From the human T2T-CHM13v2.0 reference genome, Homo sapiens, in NCBI RefSeq assembly GCF_009914755.1, contig NC_060925.1: a stretch of 64,000 nucleotides of DNA; one strand, written 5' to 3'. Shown here piece after piece: positions 1 to 14,902 of this stretch; position 1 is the stretch's first letter; each line of letters opens with the position of its first letter. A program made the position numbers and the translations under genes. The notes beneath the pieces are model-generated. The model was not told where the DNA came from, did no database searches, and saw nothing but the letters and a program-made list of their open reading frames with translations.

Positions 1-1460
1 AATAAGTAAGCCAAATGCGAGCTAGGTTTCTCATGAGCAGAAATGAGAATTACAAACATGGAAAAAAACAGGAAGAAACCCGTGATGTTAAATTGGTGTT
101 GGAAGAACTGCTGCAAATTCATGGTCTTCAGCACACTAGAAACAGTAGTCTGTGCACATACACGCACATATCTATACATCATATATGCATGATATGCACA
201 TATTGTGTATGTATGTATCTGCACCCACAGGCATACACCTCTTAGGTCTCTGCTGAGAGGGACTTAGCAGCAGTGACATCCCAGTAGTACTGAGTACATC
301 TAACGCTCAAATCTTGGTTTCTAAATATCATTCTCCAACCAAAGGAACCCGAGCTAAATAGCTGACACTCCTGAAATGCAAGCTGAGCCTGGGGCGTCTT
401 GCTGTGCTGGGCAGTAAGGAAAGACTCAAAGGAGGACAGGGGTGAATCAACAGGACGCAGGAGCTGGCCTGAAGAGGCTGCCCTGGTTAGTCAGGGCACG
501 AATATGAGCAACAAAATAAATAATGATAGTAACAAAATGAATAAAATAGAAATTCATTGTTCATAAGGATATAAAAAGTAAATAGGTGAATGGGGTGAAG
601 GCACAGCTCTACCTTACTTAAAATACCAGTAATCAACAGAGAAGGAATGATGGAATTGGAAAATCCATGGCAGGCAAGCATCCCACTACCAACCAACTCG
701 GGCCAGGTCATCAGTGCACACTGACACCTAGTGCGTCAAAGTCTGATGAAGAATAGGGTATTTGAACGGCCTCAGTATCTCCCAACAAGATACTTACTCA
801 TGACTTTCTAATTACTAGACATTTCCTGATATTACAGGAAAAAAGCATGGCAGATGTCATCTTAACTGAATGAAAACAGTAACATCGCCAGTAACAGGAC
901 AAAGCAACACGGTGTCCCTCACAGTATGATGTTCGTAGAGGACACGGCAAATGTCTGTGGAGGTCCTGCCCCAAGTGCATAACCTGGGTCTAACTGAAAC
1001 GAACACCAGACCAGCCCCACTGGGCACGCCCTGCAGGATAACCGCCTGTGCACTTCACAACAGCTGCAGCCACGCCAGAAGGACTCCATGGGCAGCAGGC
1101 TGGTGGGGGCCACTGGACGGGCCATCTATCAAGTGCTGGGACATTTGTGAATGTGAATGGGGCCTGTGATGACAGAAGAGGAGCGTCAGTTCCCTAATTT
1201 TCATGGCTCTCCTTTGACCACAGAGGACAGTGGCCTTATTTTCAAGATAACCCAGCTCGAAGTGTCATGGAGTAAAGGGCATTACCTGATAATTTATTCT
1301 CAAATTGTTCAAGAAAAATGCACAAACAGAGAGTGGCGAGGCAAACATGGCAAAGGTTAGTGACCGGGAAGTCTGGGAAAACCCTATGTGGGGACTCTGC
1401 ACTCTTCCTGTAACTCTTCCCTAAGTTCTAAATTATTTCAAAATAACTACTTGTTATTTA
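1..1460 (+). mobile_element. Old L1M (L1MC/MD-like) 3' region fragments with an embedded TA/CA-rich patch
   Basis: A-rich diverged segments resembling ancient L1 3' ends (e.g. gctcaaatcttggtttctaaatatcattctcc); boundaries approximate. Confidence 0.45.
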
Positions 1461-3429
1461 AAAAAGGCACAGGAGTTAACTTGAAAAGGATGGCGGTGGC
1501 CTGAGAGAGGGCAGTTCCAGCGTCTAAGAGCGGTGCCTCCATGGGATGAGAAATACAAATATAACGCCTCGGTGTCCATCATGAGACGCCGCAAACATGG
1601 ACTGTCTCTGGAGGCTGCTAGGACGCAGCTCATTTATTTGAAAATTGATAAAGGGAATGATTCTAACATTCATCCTCACTTTCAAGTACAAAGTATATTT
1701 TAGGGTAACCAAACTGCTGATCGGGAAAGTCCTTGTTTGTAGAAAGATCACAGGAAGAATGACAGGACTGCAATTTCACCATTTTCCACCCTGGATGGAA
1801 CACGCAGTGGGCCAGGAGCCTCAGCTGGATGCGAGTGAGGGAGACACGGGTGATGGCATCAGGCCATCAGCACCTGAGCACGGTGACAGCCAGCATGGCC
1901 TCTGTGGGTGGCCTTCATGGACAACGTGGTCTGCCCACTGAGCAACTCCAGAGGCGGAGCACCCCAGGACAGCGGGTCCTGATCCAAACGCACCAGTGGT
2001 AGAAAGGCCCGTGGTTACAGCCCCAGCAGACGATGCCGAGGTCTGCGTTGACTGGGGGCAGCAACAACAGCATGCAGTCATGATAAAAAGAAAAGTCCTT
2101 ATCAGTCAGAGATACACACTGCAGTAATTATGGGTAAACTAACACAGTGTCTAGGATTTCCCTTCAAACTCCAAATTCATGTGAAGAGATCATATTTCTG
2201 ACGTAAAGATTATTTTAAGGTGAAAAGAAATCTTACCTGAACTTTCCTTATCTGACTAGTGCACAGCCACCTGAAAGTGCAGCTGCCATTAAACCCCTAT
2301 GTGAAAGTGTAAGTGAAAGCATCCTGCAAATTCCAGGAAGGTCACAGACTGGCCATGCTCACAGCATAAAGAGACAACAGAATGTCCCCGTCTTCCCACG
2401 GAGGCCCTGGCCCTCGCCCCCTTTGTGCTACATTGGCACAGAAACCTCGACCTCTGGGCATTTGGCAAGCTACTCACTTCCCAATGCTGCCACGGGCTCA
2501 CAACGGTAAGGCCCGTCTTTGCTGCTGTCCCTCTGTCTACGGTCATCCACCTGCAGCCCTTACCATTCAGACCTGAGCTAGCAGAGGAAAACCTTCCTCC
2601 CAACGGTTTTGGCAACAGGACGCGATGGCTGGGACTTCCCACTCATGTAAGGAAAAAGCGTTAACCTAGAGCACTCAATAAAGATCAGATACATTCCTTA
2701 GATCAAGGCAAAGCTGTGGCTGCACACTTAAATAAAATAAAGCAAGTTTTCACTGGTGATGGGGCCCGGTGGACACAGAGGGCCAGGCTGCAACCACAGT
2801 GAGACCCGGGCCACGGGAACGCCACAGCCTCACAGGACTGCGCTGAACTCTGAATTCTGTCCTCCAGGCAATGTGTAAGAAAGACCAAAGCTTTTTAATT
2901 TTGTTTTTCACTTCCCAACTACTACAAAAGGCATGTTTCTACCGAATAAAAAACAACCTTCAGAAACTGCCATAAAGCAGCAGTGTCTCAAGCTCCTCCT
3001 GAGAATGTCTCAGCCAGCTGTTGAGAAGCAGGTGCCTTACTATACGGCCTTCGCTTAGCAAGGGACGTAACCAAGGACTACGTCTTATTTCCAGGAAGAA
3101 CCACACCACACACTCACACACCAGGGAATGCTCTGCGTGAGGCTCAAGGAGTGGCCGCAGGCTGTGGCAGCCACCACGGGAACTGCGGCTTCACACCCGG
3201 AGAGCCCTGGGCTGTGAGAAGGCGGCCACCAAGGAGGCATTTCCGACCAGATACCATGCAGGCTGTGCCAGCGCCCAGACGGAGCTGCCCTGCCCAGCGA
3301 GGACACGGAAAAGGCCATTCCCAGGCCCACGCCACCCCTGCCCTGACCTGGCCCCAGCCCTCCCCTCCAGGAGGGGAGAGAAGGACACAAGGGTCAGGCC
3401 CTGGGAATACCCAGGAAGCCCCGAGATCA

Positions 3430-3564
<135 letters not shown>

Positions 3565-3956
3565 TCAGGAAGCAACACCATTAGGCGACCAGCACCTGTG
3601 CTTAGAGACACCACTGCCACCCAGCTGGGAGCCACCAGCCTCCTCTCACACTGACTCTCCAGGCAGCAACCATCACCAACCGGCCTCACTGTGCCAGAGA
3701 AGGCTGAGGCTGCCAGGAACAAAGGGAACAGCAGATCCCAGGTGGAAACCCGGCTCTGCCTGAAGCCAAAGGCCTGAGGTCCCACCTGCAGTCCTCACAG
3801 CCCATCCCAAGAGCCAGCATGGCATCCTGTGAGTGAGCCTCTAGGGACATCTCAAGTCCACCTTAAGCGATGACCACCACCCTAGAGAGCTGACCCCAAA
3901 AGGTCAAAAGCTGAAACACACACTCCACACCCCATGCCGGCCTCACGCACCCGGGC

Positions 3957-4295
3957 ATGACACACCCCCTGCAGGCACACCTCACACACCACCCCCTGCA
4001 CACAAGTGCACACCTGCACACACACCTCACATACTCCCTGCACACACACAACTGCATGTCTGCACACACCTCACACACTCCCTGCACATCTCACAGACCC
4101 CTACACGCACAACTCCTGCACGCGTGCCTCACACACACCCTGCATACATGCCTCCTGCACACACACCTCACATATCGCCCCTGCACACACACCTCACATA
4201 CATCCTGCACACATACCTCTTGCACATATACCTGCTGCACGCACGCTCCCTGCACACATGCTCCCTGCACGCATGCTCCCCGCACACATGCCTGC
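3957..4295. repeat. Degenerate CA-rich tandem/low-complexity repeat (cacacacctcacac...cctgca units)
   Basis: Visible directly; produces the H/T/C-rich and V/C-rich spurious ORFs. Confidence 0.85.
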
Positions 4296-4443
4296 AAAGC
4301 TGCATCTTGCATAGAGCAGACAGTGCTGCAGTCGGAAGGGACCAAACAACATTAACTGGAAAGAAGATGCTAGAAAACGTCAATCCATTAGATTCACTGG
4401 GCTTTAAGAAGCCCTTCCAACCAACTTAGTAAAGAAAATTAGG

Positions 4444-4713
<270 letters not shown>

Positions 4714-4901
4714 AAAGAAAATTAGGAGGAGATGGTCCAGCTCGACACCCATCAGGCTGGAAAAGAGAAGGGGCTGGTTGCCACTTGCAGTGTACATGCC
4801 AGGGCTCTTGTTGAGCACCAAGGGGAGTGGGCGGCAGCCCCAAGGCTAGTCTGTCTGCACAGGTAAGGGAGGGACACTGGTGGAGACTGGAAGCATTCTC
4901 A

Positions 4902-5165
<264 letters not shown>

Positions 5166-5357
5166 TCAGGGCAGTTCTTCCCAGGAGGACCCACAGGAGG
5201 CTGCGGTCCCACCCACCGAGAGCGGTGCTCAGAGGAGTGGGAGAGAGAAGTCAAATCGCCCTGGCTCTCGGGCAGAATTCGAGCCAGCTCAGCAGGGGTG
5301 CCGGCTGCACCCGACACAGATCTGGGCTGGGGCAGGACGGGCACCACTGAGACCTCA

Positions 5358-5672
<315 letters not shown>

Positions 5673-7239
5673 TCAGAAGAGGACATTTCTCCACAAGCAT
5701 CGCCACCACCACCCCCTTCCTTGACCATGTGGTCTGGGTGGAACTGGCCGGCCCCGCCCAGGCATGGATCTCAGGCAGTGCTGGACAGAGATCTGCTGGC
5801 TGTGTCCCTGACACGGAGGTCCACACAGCATCCCTGCCTATTCCTGAGAGACTCTTCACAGACACGAGTCTGGCCCCCCGCACGGTGGAGAATCAGAAGT
5901 TTCAAACAAGAGAAAAGAATGGCCTCAAAACTATGGTGACAGGCCTCACCAGCCAGGTCCCCAACACAACTTTGGGAGCCCTGCCTGGGCCCAGCGTCCA
6001 CAGGAGAGGACATGCCCCCGGCCTGCTGAGTCTCGGTCACACCGGGTCAGAGTCCAGGCAAGCAGCACGCTGCCTCAGCAAGGCTCAGCCACCCCCTTGC
6101 TCTGATGCCGCAGGGACTCAAGGGGCTTGGCCAGCACACATGGGTTCTACAGGTTGGAGACTGGCCTGTTTTTCCTGTGGGACTTACAAGAAAAAGTAAG
6201 GCCCACTAGAGGCTGCCTTGCAAGATCTCAGGCCTGGAAGGGGCCACCCCCATGCCGGGGAGTCAGCCAGCCTGCAGCTACTCCAAGAAGCCGCTGCGGC
6301 CGGGCGCTGGGAACCTTCTGTCTAACACAGAGGAGGCTGAGGCGTCAGAGAGATGGGCTGACTTCAGTGCTTTCAGGATTTAACTCAAAAGGTGAGGACA
6401 AAATTTGATTTCTGGCTTAAATGACTTTGGACATTCACTTTCCAACATCCAAGGCTCTGGCTGTTCCTTTGCAGGGGGATTGGAGCTGGCCTTTCACACT
6501 TGGGGCCTCCATCAGAATTTCATCCTCAGAGCTTTTCAGGAGTGGAACCTCTGACAGGCTGTGCTGGACGATGGGGCCAGACATGAGTTAGGATGAGAAA
6601 CAGGGATAGGGCTGAGAGTGGCTCCTCAATTCCAAGCTTATGCTGACAGAGCTAAGGTTATCCAGGCTAGGGGCCTCCAGAGGCCACAGCTTCAAGCCCT
6701 GCCAGCTGGGAGGGAGGGAGGAAGGGAGGGAGGGAGGTGGGGTGGGTGTCCTGAGGCCTGGGAGGAGGCCCCAGTCATGCCCTGGCCCTGCCCTGGCCTC
6801 CCTCTAGTCCCTCCCTCCTCCCTGACCACTGAGCCCACCAGTCCTGTGGGATCAGGCCAGGCCTCCTCACCCCGTGTCTTCTCACCATGCCTCTTCCTCG
6901 CCCCATCAGACTGAACTGAGCCTAGGGAGGGACCGAGGCGTCTGCATCCACCTTTGAGCACCAACGCCTTGCTGGCAGGGAGGCTGAGTGGCAGCCCTGC
7001 TGAGTTTACTGTCAGGAAAAGGGCCACCTCTGTTCAGACCCCGGCCTACCTACATGCAAGGGGGAATCTCAGGAGATCTTTCTCAAGGCCCCTGTGGTTC
7101 CCGACTTCTATGAACCCAGGAGGTACAACCATTCTCACCTCCCATTTCTTAGTAGCAAAATATTAAAAGTTCTATTTAGATTTTCAGCCAAAAAGGGGAA
7201 TTTTTCTAGCCAGAATGATTACATTGACAACCCAGGATA

Positions 7240-7886
<647 letters not shown>

Positions 7887-9389
7887 TCAAGAGTGCGGCT
7901 CATGCTTTTTGCAGCTCCAATCTGCAGAGTTCTGAGATCCAGATAAAGATGATAACTTTATACCCTGGTTTCCACAGCATCCCCTCCTTTCCTCAGCCTT
8001 CAAATTAAAAGCAATTCTGACTCTGGCCCTTAGATCCAACGCTGTCAACACACCACCAGGGGGTTTTCTAGGGAAGAAGGCCACGTTCTAGAAGCCCATG
8101 CTCTCGGGATCTTAAAGGGCCCACTAATGCCTTCACCCAGGGCTGCTGGCCTCAGCCCCTCGGATCAGGAATGGGGGTAAGGGGTTGTCCCCTTGGCAGG
8201 AGGCCTTCAGTGAGTGGGGGGCAGGCGATGAAGCTCAGAGCAGGCCTGGCCCCCAAGCTCCTGCTCTCAACTCCATCCCAGCTGACCCTGGACTGCCTGG
8301 CCCCCAGGACAGCCCGCCTCCTCTGGGGTGGCCCTACTCAAACCAGGGACACACAATGACTCATTTAGCAAACCAACAGAAGCTGAACAGGGTCAAGCAC
8401 TGGCAGGCAAAGGCTCAGCCACTACTGGATGGGCCAGGCCCTTCCTTCCGACACAGAGCAGGGGCTTGGGGTGTCGGGCGGGGCTGTGCTGGGTGACCAG
8501 GCCACGCCAAAGGCTGACACATGAGGCTCCCAGAAAATCGCTCAGCCCGGCACAGGCAGGGCAGCTGAGAGGCGCCCCAGCTTACCAGCTTAGGGCCTGG
8601 GTCCTTCCTCACTCTCTGGCACCAGCAGAAACTTCCCACAGGAAACCAATGCCAGCCCGAGCTCTCCCAGCCTGGTTCCACTTGTATGGGGCATGGGCAC
8701 CCCCTGCAGAAGCCTCCACACAGTGGACAGCAACGTGACCCCCGCCTCCTTCTCACAAGGAAACAGTGCCACTGTCAGGTCCCTCACCACCATCCAATTT
8801 TAACGCCGGCAAACTGCTCTGCAGATGCCCCGCGTGGCTCTTACAAGTCTCCGGCACAGGCCTGGTCTGAGCTACCTGCAGCCACGGCTGTGAGTGGAGG
8901 GACCTGGGGCCTGCGCAAGTTGGGGTTTATCATGAGCTCAAGTTTTCAGATTGCATCACCCCAACAAATACCTCTCGTGGTCCCAATGAAACCAGAAAGA
9001 AAGTTACAGAGTGACCGTGAAACTGCACTTGGGGTAAGGCACGAAGCACTGAGAACCTTCTTAAAATTTCGTGCAACTTGCTAATTGCAGAGCCTTGCCT
9101 CATGGGTGAGACATGTGCTTTTAAGGGACACCTCCTGTCCTGGTCCTGAGCAAAACAGGGTCTGGAGGATCACTGACCTCAGGGCCTCTGATTGTCTCAG
9201 CAAGGCCTTCTGGGTTCCTGCTCCCTGACAGCTGAGCTCCTGACCTGCTGCGCCTGGAGGCAGGGTTTTATCAATAACCTCAGCCTGGCTCCTGGAGCTC
9301 AGGGACTTCTCTCTAAGGAGCTGGCTCTCCACCGTACTCTAGGTGGTCTGTGGGACCAGCTGAGGATGAAGGGCACTGACCCCAGGGCA

Positions 9390-9495
9390 GGGAATCCAGA
9401 TTCTAAGCCAAGTTCACCCCTTAGCCACGGCACTGGCCAAGTCACCTGACCTCTCTTCGTCTCAGTTTCTTCAAAATTACAATGAGGAAGCTGGC
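9390..9495 (+). mobile_element. MIR fragment
   Basis: caagtcacctgacctctcttcgtctcagtttcttc MIR core-like. Confidence 0.55.
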
Positions 9496-10197
9496 CCAGA
9501 ACAACAGACTCTATCTGCCTGGATCATGAATCCCTTTGAGCCCCTCATGTCTGCTCCCAGGGAGAACATACAAGTTTACCCAGAGTTTCAGGGGCCTTGT
9601 GGGATCCTGGAAGCCTTGCAGGAGGGAACCCAACGGCCCCTCCCACCTCTAACTGCCCCTCCCACCTCTAACAAGCCACAGCTCCAAGGCCCAGCAACAC
9701 ACAAAAGCGCACGGCAGCTGTGAATTCACACAGATGATCTGCAACCTCTGGGGAAAATGCTCCTTAAAGAGCACTTCCCACTTGTAATTCAAATGACAAG
9801 TACTTTATACTCAGGTCTGTGAGGCCTTACATTTTAAGGGGATAGAAAAACTTCAGAGCCTCCCTGCTGTGAAACACATTTTCACCAAACCCAGGTCTTC
9901 CTCTCCAAACCAGGTCTTTCTTTCCCAAGCTCCATAATTGGCTTCTTTCTTCTGTTCACAACATAGGGGACTTCAACTTGTTTTGAAAATCAGTCTATGT
10001 TCCTCCTGACCTTCTCTCCATTTCTCCTTCCCTTGCAGATGAGCAGCCAACCAGACACAAATGCCACTGGCAGGGTTCCCACTTCTCCAAACAGCACAGT
10101 CGCCTGCAGAGCCCAGCCTAGAGCACCAGGGTGTGATCAATGTGGTGGCTCGGTGGGGCCTGTGGGTCCACAGGGGCATCTAGCCAGGGCACCGAGC

Positions 10198-10579
10198 TGC
10201 ATATGGACAGCACAGTCCTGCCCTAGATGCAGATGGGCATTAACAGCACCACGAATGGTGCACACACACACACACACACGCAAACACACACACACACGCA
10301 AACACACACACACACGCAAACACACACAGACACGCACACAGACACGCACACACACATGCACACACAGACACGCACACGTGCACACATGCAGCCTTCCACC
10401 TCTCACACGCCATTCATGACCCACCTGCACATGGACAGCACAGTCCCGTCCTAGACGCAGAGGGGCACTGACAGCACCACGAATGGTGCACACACACACA
10501 CATGCACACACGCATGCACACACACACACACGCAGTCTTCCACCTCTCACCCACCACTCACGACCCACCCACACATGGG
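10198..10579. repeat. Tandem duplication of a unit with an embedded (CA)n microsatellite
   Basis: atggacagcacagtcc...acagcaccacgaatggtg-(CA)n-gcagyctt ccacctctcac...gacccacc occurs at 10198 and 10426. Confidence 0.88.
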
Positions 10580-10598
10580 CCCAACAGTGTAAACTCAC

Positions 10599-10724
10599 GC
10601 CTTGAGCTTCCAGTCGTGAGGAGGCTGCCTCCAGAGAAGCGGCTGGCTCCATCGTTTGAGATGACCCGAGATCTGGACGGTGGCAATGTGCTACAACCTC
10701 TCACTTTCTGTTCACACGGGTGAC
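10599..10724 (-). CDS. NPHP4: NPHP4 exon 19 (126 nt)
   Basis: atgtag|GTCACC...AGGC|gtgagt; [41 protein letters not shown]. Confidence 0.95.
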
Positions 10725-12641
10725 CTACATGAAAAACATCCCAACATAAGACATGAACCCCAAATGAGAATCTGATGAAACAGATCAACCCACCACATAA
10801 GCGGCTGTGGCTTTCAAATGGCCTATCTACACCCTGACACGCTAAGGCCCCACCGCCTCTGTTTTGAATGTTTTGCAATTGAGAGACAGGTGGGAGCTCG
10901 TTCTGCTGCGAACTTTCAGCTAGGTCTTCATTCTCCTGCCGTGTCAGTGGCAGCCTCCGTTTCCTGGTGACGAATGAAAGCGTGTGGCACTCACAGTTCG
11001 CTGCACATGGATTCTTACTTCTGGATCTCTGGGTCGCAAGGCGGGCTGCCTCACAAACTCTAACCTCGGCCTCTCGATGGCCACATTGATCAAGGATAGG
11101 CCTGTGTGCATTTACACGTGCAAATGTGTGGCTCCACACACACCCAGGGTGAAAGAGCCCCCATAAACTGGAGCCTTCACCAGAGTTGTGTTCATAACAG
11201 AAGGCTTTGGCAAGCAAGTGGTGTGGCCTCGGGACAAGCGTGTCTCACGGCCGGTGGGTGTGGCACCCTGCAAACTTGCAACTTGCAAACCTGAGTGTCC
11301 TGGGGGAAGCCGTGCTTGCCCACGGCACACTCTCCTGCAAGGATGGGACCCACAACCTCGGTGTGGCCTTTACTTCCCCAAGGGGCGAGGCAGAGCACCG
11401 CCAACGAAGCTGTGTCCCAAAATGAACCACCCAGGGTACGCACAAAATGCTTGTGCCATCAATTTCCTTAATTCCGACGAGGCAGTGTTGAGTGCCCTCG
11501 GGCCTGGGATGTCCTCACCATTTTCCCGGGAGCTGTTAAAAACGGGAACCCCTTCCCCTGGGCTTCCTGCCTCTCTGCATCCCTTCACTCCTGCCTACCC
11601 TCAGCCCCAGGGGAGGGAGGGACTTCCACACTGGCCAGGTCCCTCCTTGGCTGCAGCAGATCCACCTGCTGCGCCAGGTTCCTTCCCCTCTTGCCCGTCA
11701 GAAGCTGCTGTTTTCAAGGACGAGCCCAGTGCTGGGAGCACGCCCACGTGCAGGCACCTGTGGAGGTGAGCCATATCCTCCGTCCAACCCAGGTTCTCCT
11801 GGTGACAAAACCAGAGCTGGCTGACGGAGGTGTCTCTCTAGAATGGGTCTGAGCTGAGGCTGGAAAGGGAGTGCCCGTCCTACCAAGGGAGCCAGGCAGG
11901 TCTCCGAGCTGCTCTACCTGAGTTCAGCCCCTCTACATCCCAGGGAACAGCGCCTGGATTTTGGAAAGGACCTGAAAGCCAGATACTGAATCGCAGCTGG
12001 CGACACCAAAGACATTGGCGGGACAGCAGACCAGCCCCCAAAAAGGGCTGTTGAGGGCAAAGGCCCCGATGTGGTGGTAGAGAGAGGCTAGATTTAGAAA
12101 TCACAGACTGCCTGGAATCAATCTCTAGAAAACTTCTAGAAGAGCTTCACTTCACAGACAGATGGAAAGCTGGTGACGCAGCAGCGAACAATCCCTGCTG
12201 CCCTCAAAGAACTCACATTCTCCTAATTCTTAAGTTCCTTTGGTCATCTTGAGTGCTCTCTCCGGATCTCAGTCCAAGCCAGGCTGGCCTTCCTGCCACC
12301 TCCTGCAGACGAGCTGTTCTTGGTCATCTGTCCCTGCTTCAGTCTTTGTAAGCTCTTTCAAAACTGAAGCTCCAAAAGCAACTATGGCAAAGGCACTGGC
12401 ACGTTGGCCACCTCCTACTGTCTGCGCACGAGCACAAATGCAGAATTCCCTGGCTCAGCACCATCCCTGGAGGCAGCTTGAAAGCTCACTCTGGGCAGCT
12501 GTAGGGTCAAGCCGCCTGCTCACCTGTGCTGAGAATTCGGCCCTCAAGGCCAGGTTCTGACGGCCACGCTCACAGCCGTCACTGCGAAGGATGGGAAGGC
12601 TGGCTGCCTCCTCCCACGCCCTAGGTGGCAACCAGAAAGGC

Positions 12642-12883
12642 CAGTGGTGCACTTACCCAGCCATCTCTCAGTGGCGCGCTTACCCAGCCATCTCTCAGTG
12701 GCGCGCTTACCCAGCCATCTCTCAGTGGCGCGCTTACCCAGCCATCTCTCAGTGGCGCGCTTACCCAGCCATCTCTCAGTGGCGCGCTTACCCAGCCATC
12801 TCTCAGTGGCGCGCTTACCCAGCCATCTCTCAGTGACGCGCTTACCCAGCCATCTCTCAGTGGTGCGCTTACCCAGCCATCTC
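12642..12883. repeat. 27-bp minisatellite x9 (cttacccagccatctctcagtggcgcg)
   Basis: CTTAC at 12652, 12679, 12706, 12733, 12760, 12787, 12814, 12841, 12868. Confidence 0.97.
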
Positions 12884-13735
12884 TTTCCAGGGGAATTAAT
12901 TTCGTTCTTGCCAATGTCCCAGTAGCTGACACCCCCCGCCTCTTGTTCTTTCTCCTTGACCTCGACGTCAGCACCATGCTGTGCAGCAGGACAGCCGTGC
13001 TGACTTCCCCCTCGGCCCAGGTCCCTGCTACATCCCCATAAAGACGCAGCCTCCATGTCGCCCACATGCCCTACACTGTGCTTCTGCCTTCGGGCTACCA
13101 ACCGCCTCCTGGCACCTGCAGCGTCCACTCAGTCCTCACTCCAAGCCAGCTTCCTGGGAACGAGCACCTAGGACAAGGGCTATTTCGGTCCTCTCCCTGT
13201 TGCTCTCAGACCCTCCCTCCTGTCCTGCCCGCCATGGCCACCTCTGCTCCCACATGCTTCGCAGGGGTCTCCAGCTTCCCCTCAAGTTAAAGCCTGCACC
13301 CTCCCAGTGGAGGCTGCAGAGCCTCTGCCCAAACACCCTCCTCTCGCCTGCCAGGAATCCGTTTTTGGCCCTGACAACTCGTGGTCACAGGATCAAGATC
13401 CTCGTCCCTAAGAAAGGAACCCAGATCAGCGCTCCTTCACACGAACAGATGTTCATGCCCCATGATGGGCTGTATCTTCTGAAGCCCAGGAAGAACAGGG
13501 CTCCCGGTGAGAAGGGCACTCAGGCTTCTTATCAACGCTTTCATCACTCTCTCCACCACGGCGCCAGGTTCAAGGGCAAACACCACTACAAAGAAGCCAC
13601 GATCAGGGTCCTCAAAGACTTCCCAGATTCATGTGGGAAAATGGCAGACAAACAAGCAGGCTGGGGCGAGGAAGGGACGGCAGCCTGAACCAGCCCAGCC
13701 TGCCTGTGCCAGGGCCAGAGCTGCGGGCACCAGCA

Positions 13736-13902
13736 CTGATGTTCACACTCCGGGCCACGCTGCCCTCCACATGACGAGGAGAAAATGCCACCGATGTTCA
13801 CGCTCCGGGCCACGCTGCCCTCCACATGACGAGGAGAAAGTGCCACCGATGTTCACGCTCCGGGCCACGCTGCCCTCCACATGATGGGGAGAAAGTGCCA
13901 CC
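13736..13902. repeat. 55-bp tandem repeat x3
   Basis: ccgatgttcacgctccgggccacgctgccctccacatga... at 13736, 13791, 13846. Confidence 0.93.
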
Positions 13903-14079
13903 AGCCCCAAAGCCTCAGTTTCCCACTCACAAGCTCAGAGTTGTCCCAGCTTCTTGCTGTGTGTTTCTTCCCACGGGAATTCACAGCAGGGGCAGCAGCT
14001 CACGGGCTGGCAGTCCTGGCAAGCTCTCTGTCACGTCCCGAGGACCTGCTCCAAGAAGGAGGGGCCTCCCAGGCACCCA

Positions 14080-14169
14080 GCACCTCCATTCACTGTGGGC
14101 TGCAGTGGGTTCATCCTCCACCCGGCACCTCCCTTCACTGTGGGCTGCAGTGGGTTCATCCTATACCCG
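14080..14169. repeat. 45-bp tandem duplication
   Basis: gcacctccmttcactgtgggctgcagtgggttcatcct at 14080 and 14125. Confidence 0.88.
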
Positions 14170-14902
14170 GGGCAGCCCAGAATGCTCCATAGCTTTCTCG
14201 ACCACCTTCATCTGATAGCGAATGGTTCCCTGAATCGCAGACGAGGCCTCTGGTCCACCCACATCTGACTGAAGTGGGCACTGGTCTATTTTAAGCCTGT
14301 ACTATGCACCACCCTGAGAAGTACTAAGAGACCAAGGAGAGTGTGGCAAGGCCAACTGGGCCTGGGGCAGGCGACCAGCATTCTTGGAGCTCAGACTCGA
14401 AGGACACCTAATGATGACAATGGCTGCAGCGGGTGTGACCAGCAGGACACGGAACCCTGCTGGGCTTCATGACCGTTTCCTCTTACTATATTTCTACTTA
14501 GGGCACATGGGAAAATAAACCAGGTAAGCTGAATTTACACTTGCATGCTCACTCAAGAAGGGGACAAGCGGCAAAGGCACTGCATTTCATCAGGGCACAA
14601 CTTGGATGTTAAATTAGTGCAGGCTTTCTTCACCTTCCATGAAACAGGTTACACCCGCACCAACACGTTTGCTGCAGGGGCAGGAATTCCCTCCAAACAC
14701 ACAGGGCTCCCGATGCAGCCCTGCAGCTGGACCAAAGCCCGCCACCGCCAACCGTGTGACCCCACAGCCTGGCCATCTGTCAGAACCCATCACCACCCAG
14801 TTCTCCTAGGATGTCCTGTGAGAACACAGACGCTTAGCCTGTGGGGCCATCTGTCCTGACGCCTGCCTCCCCCAGGAAAGGTCACAGAACACAAGTAACA
14901 CA

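Noticed and set aside
3863-4429. Cys/His/Val-rich ORFs resembling metal-binding proteins
   Set aside because: They are translations of CA/TG low-complexity sequence; the same applies near 10137-10652
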